NCBI GenBank assembly: GCA_963819655.1
Contig: CAWFXA010000003.1
Location: forward strand, 96,001-160,000
Length of the DNA stretch: 64,000 nucleotides
Direction of reading: 5' to 3'
Source: an uncultured Chloroflexia bacterium
GTDB taxonomy: Bacteria; Chloroflexota; Limnocylindria; Limnocylindrales; CSP1-4
Part shown: positions 1-7,862 of the stretch, in pieces
Numbering within the stretch: the stretch's first letter is position 1
Layout: each line of letters opens with the position of its first letter
Notes under the pieces: model-generated
Seen by the model: only the letters and a program-made list of their open reading frames with translations
What the model was told of the DNA's origin: nothing
Databases searched by the model: none
Position numbers and translations under genes: made by a program

Positions 1-84
1 GGTGTAGATCACGAAGATCCAACCGACATAGATGAAGAACGTCCCGATGGACGCCAGGCGACGGACGTCGTTCGTGAGATCCAT
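1..84 (-). CDS. Hypothetical membrane protein, N-terminus only (runs off window start)
   Basis: ATG at 84 with GGAGGG RBS upstream; translates MDLTNDVRRLASIGTFFIYVGWIFVIYT (hydrophobic helix). Confidence 0.7.
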   Translation of the reverse strand, partial: MDLTNDVRRLASIGTFFIYVGWIFVIYT

Positions 85-167
85 TGGAACCCTCCTGTGA
101 CGATGGCTCGATAGCCAGTCTGACCCTCCGGCCGCTGCCCGCATCACCGACTTCGGGTGATGTGTCC

Positions 168-297
168 TCAGGACGTCGTCGGGGCCGCGGGACTTCGGTC
201 GTACAGCCTGATGGCCCAAACATAGCCACCGACCGTGATCACCACGCACCAGGCGACGGCCAAGGCCCCAGCATCGCCGATGGCTGTTCCGAGCAAA
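168..297 (-). pseudogene. Probable remnant: C-terminal helix of an ABC-2 (DrrB-like) permease
   Basis: LLGTAIGDAGALAVAWCVVITVGGYVWAIRLYDRSP resembles the last TM segment of actinobacterial ABC-2 permeases; no credible upstream coding part or start. Confidence 0.4.
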
Positions 298-465
298 CAT
301 GTCGAGATCGGGCGTCTGGACTGCGAGCTCGCGGCGCGTCCGGTGGAGCCGCGCACCGCGTCTCGTGGTGGCGGATCGACCGCTTGGTATACTCGGCGAG
401 CAGAAATCTTCCGACGCCCCCGGACCGCGCCCCGGGGGCGTTCTCGTTTTCCGTAGACTGCCCGG

Positions 466-1548
466 ATGTTGCCGACCGAACCTCGTCGCCTGGTCATCAT
501 GACCGAGGGCCAGTTCGGGATCCATGACGCGAAGACCGCGATGGGCGTCATCCGCTACGGGCGGGACACCATCGTCGCGATCCTCGACTCCACGATGGCC
601 GGGCGCAACCTGCGCGAGCTCCTCCCTGCCTTCGACATCCCCTTCGTCGGGACGCTCGGCGATGCCCTCGGCGGCCCTGTCAGACCGGACGGTCTGCTCA
701 TCGGCATCGCGCCGACCGGTGGCAGGCTCCCACCGGACTGGCGAGGGTCGATCCTCGAGGCGATCACGGCCGGTCTCGATATCCATTCAGGGCTGCACGA
801 TCTCCTCGCCGACGATCCAGAGTTCGCCGCAGCGGCGGCGACGGCCGGCACCCGACTGATCGACTACCGACGACCGCCAGACCGGATGGAGACGACTACC
901 GGTCGGCGGCACCTGCCCGGCAAGCGTGTGATCCTGACCGTCGCGACCGATTGCGCGATCGGCAAGATGTCCGTCGCCCTCGAGGTCGTCGCCGCGGCCA
1001 GGCGCGACGGGGCATCGGCCGTCATGGTCCCGACCGGCCAGACCGGGATGATGATCGAGGGCTGGGGCGTTGCCGTCGACCGCGTGATCAGCGACTTCAC
1101 GAACGGTACCGTCGAGTGGCTCGTCGAGCAGGGCGAGAGCCGTGCCGACTGGGTGTTCGTCGAGGGCCAGGGGTCGATCGACCATCCCGCCTACAGCGCT
1201 GTGACCATGGGCCTGATCCATGGTGCGACGCCACACGCCATGGTCCTCGTCCACAAGCCCGGTCTCGTCGAGCACGACTTCGATCATCTGCCGGACGCCT
1301 CGTTCCCGATCGCCGACCTGCCCCCGTTCATCTACCTCCACGAGCGGATCGCCGGGATGGTCGCACCGTCCCGGGTCGTGGCGATCGCGCTCAACACCTC
1401 GCTCTACCCCGATGACGGCGAGGCCCGGCTGGTCATCGAGAGGATCGCCGCCGACACCGGATTGCCCGCGGATGACCCGGTCCGCTTCGGGGCCGACCGG
1501 CTGTGGCCGGCGATCCGCGATGCCGTGAACGGCCTGCCATGGGTCTGA
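466..1548 (+). CDS. DUF1611 domain protein (DgcN-like D-Glu N-acetyltransferase family)
   Basis: AKTAMGVIRY, TDCAIGKM P-loop-like, PTGQTG, VEGQGS motifs; TAGACT -10 7 nt before ATG. Confidence 0.88.
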   Translation: MLPTEPRRLVIMTEGQFGIHDAKTAMGVIRYGRDTIVAILDSTMAGRNLRELLPAFDIPFVGTLGDALGGPVRPDGLLIGIAPTGGRLPPDWRGSILEAITAGLDIHSGLHDLLADDPEFAAAAATAGTRLIDYRRPPDRMETTTGRRHLPGKRVILTVATDCAIGKMSVALEVVAAARRDGASAVMVPTGQTGMMIEGWGVAVDRVISDFTNGTVEWLVEQGESRADWVFVEGQGSIDHPAYSAVTMGLIHGATPHAMVLVHKPGLVEHDFDHLPDASFPIADLPPFIYLHERIAGMVAPSRVVAIALNTSLYPDDGEARLVIERIAADTGLPADDPVRFGADRLWPAIRDAVNGLPWV

Positions 1549-2588
1549 CGCTCACCCACGAGGTCCTGTCGCTGCCACTCCGCGACCCGTTCCGGATCGC
1601 TCGCGCGGAGCACGGCGAGGGCACGCGGATCACGACTGTCATCGTCGAGCTGCGTGACGAGCGTGTCCCGGACGTGGTCGGAGTGGGGGAGGGCTATCCC
1701 GGCACCTACTACGGCGAGACCCCCGAGACCATGGCGGCCGTGATGCCTCTGCTGCTCGACGCCATCGGCGAACCGGCCCTCGACGAGCGCGGGGTGATCG
1801 CCGCGGATCACGCGATGGAGCGGATGATCCGCGGGCACGGGGCAGCGCGCTGCGCGATCGACATCGCACTGCACGACCTCGTCGCGAAAGTCGCCGGCAT
1901 CCCGGTCTACGAACTGCGCGGCCTGTCGGCCGAGTTGCCACCGACCGATTTCACCATCGGCATCGACGACCCGGCGGTCGTCGCCCAGCGGGCACAGCGC
2001 GCAGCCGACTTCCCGGCGCTCAAGATCAAGGTCGGCGGACCGTCCGATCTGGCCACGCTGCAAGCCGTCCGCGAGGTGTACACAGGCCCGATCCGCGTCG
2101 ACGCCAACACGGCCTGGACACGCGCGGACGCGCAACGTCTGCTGCCCGAGCTCGTCGACCTCGGGGTCGAGCTCATCGAGCAGCCGTTCCCGGCCCGGGC
2201 GTACCGCGATCTCGCGTGGCTGCAGGAACGATCGACGCTGCCGATCGTCGCCGATGAGTCGTGCGTCCTGCCCGAGGATCTCGAGGCGCTCGACGGTGTC
2301 GTCGCGGGCATCAACGTCAAGCTCGCCAAATGCGGTGGTATCGGGCCTGCCTATCGGATGCTCGAGCGGGGCCGCGAGATGGGTTTCCGGACCTTCCTTG
2401 GCTGCATGGAGGAGACGTCGGTCGGGATCGCGGCGTCAGCGGTCGTCGGCTCGCTCGCGGAGTGGATCGACCTCGACGGCAACCTGCTCCTCGCCGACGA
2501 CCCGTTCGAAGGACTGCGGCTCATGCCCGACAAACGCTGGCAGTCGTCCGACCGACCGGGCCTGGGATTGACGCGCAAGCCCGCCTGA
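1539..2588 (+). CDS. Dipeptide epimerase / N-acyl-amino-acid racemase (enolase superfamily, L-Ala-D/L-Glu epimerase / DgcA-like)
   Basis: KIKVG, VDAN, IEQP, ADES, NVKLAKCGG, DLDG motifs; overlaps the end of the DUF1611 gene. Confidence 0.9.
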   Translation: MGLTLTHEVLSLPLRDPFRIARAEHGEGTRITTVIVELRDERVPDVVGVGEGYPGTYYGETPETMAAVMPLLLDAIGEPALDERGVIAADHAMERMIRGHGAARCAIDIALHDLVAKVAGIPVYELRGLSAELPPTDFTIGIDDPAVVAQRAQRAADFPALKIKVGGPSDLATLQAVREVYTGPIRVDANTAWTRADAQRLLPELVDLGVELIEQPFPARAYRDLAWLQERSTLPIVADESCVLPEDLEALDGVVAGINVKLAKCGGIGPAYRMLERGREMGFRTFLGCMEETSVGIAASAVVGSLAEWIDLDGNLLLADDPFEGLRLMPDKRWQSSDRPGLGLTRKPA

Positions 2589-2625
2589 CCCGGTCCACGC
2601 ACGTTCCGTACGGGTGTTCTAGCGC

Positions 2626-2669
2626 CTATCCACCGATGTGGACAACTTCGTGGATGAAGTCGTGGACAA
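2626..2669. promoter_or_regulatory. Cluster of four DnaA-box-like 9-mers
   Basis: CTATCCACC (2626, +); on - strand TTGTCCACA (2637-2645), TCATCCACG (2649-2657), TTGTCCACG (2661-2669); last three at 12-bp period. Confidence 0.55.
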
Positions 2670-2887
2670 GCCCCCTTCCGACTCGTCCTGCGGACGCCTA
2701 GGATGGCGCGACACCCGGCCGCTGCGGACCCCAAAACGGCGACCGGGACACCAGGAACCACCGTCCGGCGAACGGTTTCCGGCACGACCGTCCAGCCTGG
2801 GCTGGTTTCGTGGTGCCGTCGTATGCTGAGCGCGCAAGCGTCCCATCCGGGCCGCGGGCCGTCCGGCGAAGGGAGGGCCTGCCATCG

Positions 2888-3277
2888 ATGGAACCCCGGT
2901 ATGCCGCCACGCGAGTCCCCGACCCGGACGCGGCCGACTTCATCCGATTCTGCTACCGGCGCCGACGCGTGGGCTGGCCGGAGCTCTATGACGAGATGTG
3001 TGCCGTCGCGGCACGCGGTCTGTTCCGCGGCTTCGGGACCGAGGATCTCGCGGCGCACGGGATCGGTTTCAGTCTCTTCGACATGCCGGCCCTGGCCGGG
3101 ATGGCGTCCGGGATCATCGCCGAGGAGCAGGCGCTCCGGCGACCGATGACCGTGGTGATCACCCCACTCGAGCCGGTGGTCGAGGACATCCAGCCAGCCG
3201 TGGCCGACGGGGCTGCGGAGTCAAGGGAGCGAGGCGAACGACCCGTCCGGTTCGCCGCGGTGCCCGCCGGGGCGTAA
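2888..3277 (+). CDS. Hypothetical protein
   Basis: GGGAGG RBS; globular N-terminus (FIRFCYRRRRVGWPELYDEMCAVA); followed by terminator. Confidence 0.75.
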   Translation: MEPRYAATRVPDPDAADFIRFCYRRRRVGWPELYDEMCAVAARGLFRGFGTEDLAAHGIGFSLFDMPALAGMASGIIAEEQALRRPMTVVITPLEPVVEDIQPAVADGAAESRERGERPVRFAAVPAGA

Positions 3278-3294
3278 CCGGCACCGTCCTCATC

Positions 3295-3325
3295 CGAAAC
3301 CCCGCCGGGATCCGGCGGGGTTTCG
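3295..3325. terminator. Bidirectional intrinsic terminator
   Basis: CGAAACCCCGCCGG-GAT-CCGGCGGGGTTTCG perfect 14-bp hairpin between convergent genes. Confidence 0.85.
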
Positions 3326-3345
3326 TCTTGTCAGGCGCGGATCGT

Positions 3346-3573
3346 TCAGGCCCTGATCTGGCGCCTGGCCATCTCGCCCTCGATCTGGCGCTCCGCCTCG
3401 ACGTAGCGGTCGATCTGTTCGCGCAGCTGGTTCGCCTCGGGCGTGTACAGATGGACCTGCTGTTGGAGGATGTACGACAGCCGGCGGCTGGTCATCCGGA
3501 CGTGGTCGAGGTTCTTCATCAGGACGAGCGGGTCCATCGAGGCCAGGTCCGACGGGTGGTACATCTGCTGCAT
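3346..3573 (-). CDS. Small coiled-coil hypothetical protein (75 aa)
   Basis: Protein-like composition, TAGAAT -10 6 nt before ATG, ends at terminator. Confidence 0.8.
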   Translation of the reverse strand: MQQMYHPSDLASMDPLVLMKNLDHVRMTSRRLSYILQQQVHLYTPEANQLREQIDRYVEAERQIEGEMARRQIRA

Positions 3574-3626
3574 GGCGGCATTCTAGGGTCGATGGCCGGT
3601 CGCGCGGGCCGGGCCTGCGCCGCCGG

Positions 3627-5026
3627 TCAGAGCCCCCGCAGCGCTCGTGGCGGCCAGGTCCAGTCGATGTCGAGGACGCGGCGGCGAGAGCCCGTCGACG
3701 GCCGGACTCCGTCGCCCCGAGGACAAGGATCCGGTCGGTCTTCGTCGCGCGGCCAGCCTCGTCGCCCCACAGCTTGGTCATCTTGCGGACCGCTGCGACG
3801 TCGTCGAGAGCGACGCCTGCCAGTCGATAGCCCTCGGGGGCGGCGGCCTGTTCCCAGGCGCGCTCGGCCAGCCCGACGCCGCCTCGGATCCGCCGGCCGC
3901 GGTCGGTCTCCACGTCGCCGATCACGAGCACGACGATGGCGTCGTCCGTGAGCACCGACCTGAGATCGGCGAGCACTTCCCGGAGGAATGCCAGGTACGG
4001 CTCGCGGTGGTGGGCATCGTCGAGCGTTGCGTCGATCTCCTTCGCGTCGAAGCCGAGGAACCACGTCCGCAGCCAGTTGTAATAGCCGTACTTGACCACT
4101 CGGAGATACGGCGGAGAGGTGACGACCAAGCGGGCGCGGTCGGGCCGGCCTCGGGCACGGAGGGCGGCTCGGACACGTGGTGAGACGTCACGAGCGTCGC
4201 CAAGGAGCGCGACCCCGTCCACCGACGGAGCCGGCTGCCGGAAGAGGCGATCGAGCTTGGAGCTGAGCCCGTCGAACACGTCGCGCCGGGGCGAGGCGAA
4301 TGCCGTGCGTGCCGCGAACTCGCGGACGTAGCGCGGCGCCATGCTGAACGTGTTGGGCATGAGCTCCGACAAGTAGCTCGCGCTCTTGCCGTGCAGGATG
4401 CCGGTGATGGCGGCAGCAAGGAACCGGTCGGTTCGCTCATCGAATCGAAGGCTCGTCCGGACGTACAGGAGCTGACCGAGGGTCTCCGGATGGAACGCCA
4501 GCGCCACCTCGACGGGCACGCGCTCCGTGCCGGAAACCGCGCCGGTCCGCGAGCCGGCGGCGGGGATCATCGTCGATCCAGGATCGGTCGTCACCCGCGT
4601 GGCGAGGGCCGTCCAGTCCTCGGCGTCGGCGTTCCAGCCCAGGCGCAACTGGGTCAGCCGGGTCATGGCGGCGGCTCGGGTCGCAGGCTCGACCTTGGAC
4701 GCGGTCAGGAGGTGGGCGAACGGGTTCAGGTCGTTCCCCACGCCGATGCGGCCCTCCGCGCATGCCTGGAGTGGAGTCGTGCCGCGGCCCGAGAACGGAT
4801 CGAGGACGACGTCGCCGGGCCGCGAATAGCGGGCGATGAAGGCATGGGCCAGCGACGCGGGGAAGCTCGCGAGATACGAGCACATCGGATGGAAGGAGTG
4901 GCCCCATAGGCGCTGCTGAGCCTTCCACTCGGGCTCGATCGAGATAGCCGGCAGTGCGACCGGCAGGTCCAGGGCCAGCTGTTGCGCGGCGGTGGGCGTT
5001 CGCGCGCGAGTCGGTCCGGCCGTCAT
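3627..5026 (-). CDS. Orphan N4-cytosine/N6-adenine DNA methyltransferase, apparent frameshift near 3678
   Basis: DPFSGRGTT (motif I) and TSPPY (motif IV); natural-looking C-terminus LDIDWTWPPRALRGL* lies in a shifted frame ending at 3627, while the unshifted frame runs through the next gene and terminator. Confidence 0.85.
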
Positions 5027-5183
5027 GGGCGGATCGGTCCTCTGACACACGCACCGATCCCGGCCGGTGCGATGGGGCGCGGAGTGTAGCACGGGGGCAT
5101 CGGCGCCTCGTCCTCCCCCGAAGGTCCCAGATCCGCCAGAAAGCGGGTGGGCACACTGCGCGCTCGTGGCGTACGCTAGCACC

Positions 5184-5374
5184 GGGTCCGAGGATCACGC
5201 GGAACCGAGCGATGGTCCCGAACGCCAGGGAGACGGTCTCGGTCGACTCCGTGGCGTCCGGTCGGCGCTCAGCCCCGTCCCCACCGTCCGGCCTTCGCCG
5301 GCGAAGGGGCCACCTCGGACCCGACAAGCTCGTCGCCCCGGCTCAGTCCGGGCTCGCGGCGGGCTTTCTCTTTT
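5184..5374 (+). ncRNA. Candidate structured ncRNA of unknown family
   Basis: TACGCT -10 at 5172-5177; 5184-5193 pairs perfectly with 5313-5322; terminator hairpin 5328-5365 followed by TTTCTCTTTT. Confidence 0.55.
5328..5374 (+). terminator. Intrinsic terminator
   Basis: GCTCGTCGC-CCCGG...CCGGG-CTC-GCGGCGGGC stem (G-U pairs favour +) followed by U-rich tract. Confidence 0.7.
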
Positions 5375-5451
5375 GGTGACTCATACGCCCCTTGAGTTAG
5401 CTGCGAAATCAGCAGACCCGGATCGCCAGGGGGAAGAGCGAGCCGGGTCTT
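5328..5451 (-). ncRNA. Candidate sRNA with C-rich loop, convergent with the 5184 RNA
   Basis: TAGCCT -10 (5457-5462, -) puts the start at the base of hairpin AGACCCGG...CCGGGTCT with loop CTCTTCCCCCT; two further hairpins. Confidence 0.35.
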
Positions 5452-5535
5452 TCCAGAGGCTATGAAAGTGAACGTCCGTACGGGAATACGTCGGAATACC
5501 TATTCATCTTCCCGTCGTTGCCTCGCGACGAAGGC

Positions 5536-6573
5536 TCAGTGGCAGCTCTCGGAGCCGGTGTCGGTGTAGGTCTTGCCGGCCTCGGGAAGGAACTCCCACG
5601 AATAGGAATCGGGCTTGAGGGTGAGCTTCAGGACCCCGAATGTGTCGTCGTCGCCGGTCTCGGTATTCGGGTGGATCGCCCCCTCCGAGAACTTGTAGTG
5701 GCCTCGACCGCCGGTCCCGACCACGAACTGGCGGATGCCGCCGGCGGCGTCCAGGCTGCCGTCCGGCGTCATCGGAGCGAGACGTTCGTAGGCGTGGTTA
5801 TCCCCGCTCAGGACTGCCTCGACACCCGCCGCGTGGAGGGCTTCCCAGAGTGGCTGGACCCGCGGCTCGTTCTCCTTGCGCCCTGAGCTGAAGCGCGGAT
5901 TGTGGAGGACCGCCAGCGAGCATGTGGCGGGGTGGTCGGCCAGCTCCTGGGCCAGCCACGTTGCCTGCGGCGATCCGCGATCACAACCATCAACCCGGTC
6001 GCAGATCGAGTTCAGCACGATGACGCGCCACGCGCCCAGGTCGTAGGCGTACCAGCCCATGCGCGGGTCGCTCGCCGTCGCGCCGAGGGGCGCGAGGACG
6101 CCGGCGAAGTAGCCGAAGTACCCGGCCGCATCCGGGGTCATGTAGTCGTGACCGCCGAGCGCCGGATGCGTCCGCTCGAGCGCCACGCCCCACGTATCGT
6201 CGTAGCACGCGAATTGACGAGGAGTGCCCTTGTCGTACGCGTTGTCGCCGAGGGTCTGGACGGTGACATCGGGATAGCGCGCGAGGATCTCGGCGGTCGC
6301 CGAATCGCCCTCGTGGCTGCACGCGGCGATGTCACCAGCGGCCAGAAGCACCTGATCCCCGATCGGCGCGGGAGTCGGATTTGGGCTCTGGCTCGTCCCC
6401 GAGGTCGGTGGAGGGGTGCCGGACTGCCCCGACGTCTCAGGAGACGGTGACGTCTGGCCGGAGGGCGGGACCACCGCCGGCGTGGGTCCGCAGGCGATGA
6501 GCACGGCCATCAGGACGCCGAGCGACCCGACATACAGCCGGCCGGCGCGGGCGGACCGGATGACGGCCCTCAT
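5536..6573 (-). CDS. Metallophosphoesterase-family lipoprotein
   Basis: Lipobox LIAC, Pro/Ser linker, AAGDIA, LGDNAY, GGHDY, LSGDNHAYER, FVVGTGG; start uncertain. Confidence 0.82.
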   Translation of the reverse strand: MRAVIRSARAGRLYVGSLGVLMAVLIACGPTPAVVPPSGQTSPSPETSGQSGTPPPTSGTSQSPNPTPAPIGDQVLLAAGDIAACSHEGDSATAEILARYPDVTVQTLGDNAYDKGTPRQFACYDDTWGVALERTHPALGGHDYMTPDAAGYFGYFAGVLAPLGATASDPRMGWYAYDLGAWRVIVLNSICDRVDGCDRGSPQATWLAQELADHPATCSLAVLHNPRFSSGRKENEPRVQPLWEALHAAGVEAVLSGDNHAYERLAPMTPDGSLDAAGGIRQFVVGTGGRGHYKFSEGAIHPNTETGDDDTFGVLKLTLKPDSYSWEFLPEAGKTYTDTGSESCH

Positions 6574-6912
6574 CCTCCACCGCGATCTCGACACTGCACC
6601 CCCCGATCGATCCCAACGAGCCCTTGATCCGGCGACCGTCGCTCGTCTCATCGCCGTCTCGTCGCCCATCCGACGGCTCGTGCCGACCGATGTTACGGCA
6701 GCGGCCTCAGAGGGTGCCCTCTTGATGATGCTGTGGCGGCGGCGTCCCCCGAAACTTGGTGACGGCTCGCACCGACCCGCGCACGACGGGTGCCGCGCGA
6801 CCGGGCTCCGCGCGCCTTTGGGACCGACGATGGACACATCGCGTGCGGTTGCCGGTATGCGGGTGCAAGGTGCTGTGGCCGACAATCGGGGGCGACGCCG
6901 AGGTCAGCCACC

Positions 6913-7125
6913 GTGCCAACGGCCCTTGTCTTGAACCCGCGCAGCGACATCGCCTTCGTGGCCTTCGCGGAGGCCGCGCTGGCGAATGGCGTGGCCGCGC
7001 CCGACGCATTCCAGGAACGCCTCCGTGAGCGGTATCCTCGCGCGGTCGTTCGCCAGCGTGAGCTCGCCAGCGAACCGTTCACGATCTGGTACTGCTACCG
7101 TGACGGTCGGTGGGTCCAACCATGA
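6913..7125 (+). CDS. Small hypothetical protein (70 aa)
   Basis: GTG with GAGG RBS; LRERYPRAVVR...IWYCYRDGRW. Confidence 0.7.
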   Translation: MPTALVLNPRSDIAFVAFAEAALANGVAAPDAFQERLRERYPRAVVRQRELASEPFTIWYCYRDGRWVQP

Positions 7126-7152
7126 CCGACCGAGCAGGGAGGAGGGGCGCGA

Positions 7153-7380
7153 ATGTCAGACCTGGAAGGCGACCTGCGCGCGACCGCTGAAGACATCGCC
7201 GCCGATGCCGGCAGGCTCAAGGAGATCGAGGAGACGAAGGCCGACCTCGACCCTGCCGATCCGCGCACACAGAAGCTCTCCCATGAGAGCGAACGCATCG
7301 CGCGACGGATCGTGCCCAAGACGGTCGCCGAGCGCGAGATCACAGAAGAGATCGGCAACGGGGAGCCGCCCCAGGGCTGA
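7153..7380 (+). CDS. Small helical hypothetical protein (75 aa)
   Basis: Strong GGAGGAGG RBS, typical high-GC codon usage. Confidence 0.75.
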   Translation: MSDLEGDLRATAEDIAADAGRLKEIEETKADLDPADPRTQKLSHESERIARRIVPKTVAEREITEEIGNGEPPQG

Positions 7381-7454
7381 TCCGCGCGAGGCGTCCAGCC
7401 GTCGAGGGGCGGTAGAGTGTGCGCGCCCAGCGGCCCGCCGAGCAGGCGATCCGC

Positions 7455-7530
7455 GTCCCCGTAGCTCAGTGGACAGAGCAGGCGCCTTCTAAGCGCAAGG
7501 TCGCAGGTTCGAATCCTGCCGGGGACGCCA
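7455..7530 (+). tRNA. tRNA-Arg (anticodon TCT)
   Basis: GTCCCCG/CGGGGAC acceptor stem, TAGCTCAGTGG D-arm, anticodon loop CTTCTAA, GGTTCGAATCC T-arm, encoded CCA. Confidence 0.96.
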
Positions 7531-7569
7531 CACCGCGTGGTGTGGCCCGGGCCGCGTCAGTCGAGCGTG

Positions 7570-7764
7570 TCAGTCGAGCGGCGTCTGCTCGATCCTTCGC
7601 GGGATGAGTGCCTGGCGCCCGCCGGCCAGATCGAACACCGAGCGTCGGCGCAGACGACCCAGACTGACCCAGGGCTCCGGCACCAGGTCGTAGAACGAGA
7701 TCGACAGGAAGAACGCGACGCTCAGGCCGAGCAGGGCCGAGACGAATGCGACCACGAGATCCAT
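7570..7764 (-). CDS. Small membrane protein (64 aa)
   Basis: N-terminal TM helix; TAGCGT -10 6 nt before ATG. Confidence 0.6.
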   Translation of the reverse strand: MDLVVAFVSALLGLSVAFFLSISFYDLVPEPWVSLGRLRRRSVFDLAGGRQALIPRRIEQTPLD

Positions 7765-7862
7765 GGCCCAACGCTACGTCCATCCGGCCCGGATGCGAGC
7801 GGGCCCTTCGTACTGCGGAGGATGGGAGATGCGGCGGGTCCGTCGAGAGGCAGTGGGTTCGC

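Noticed and set aside
2589-2887. Chromosomal oriC
   Set aside because: Only four boxes, no AT-rich unwinding element, no dnaA/dnaN/rpmH nearby
5205-5271. SAH or lysine riboswitch
   Set aside because: Only fragments match (CCGAG...CTCGG...CGGCGCTC); the core GAGGAGCGCTGC is missing and there is no downstream gene on this strand
5212-5379. 55-aa ORF MVPNARETV...
   Set aside because: No RBS, non-protein-like composition, and it runs through the terminator
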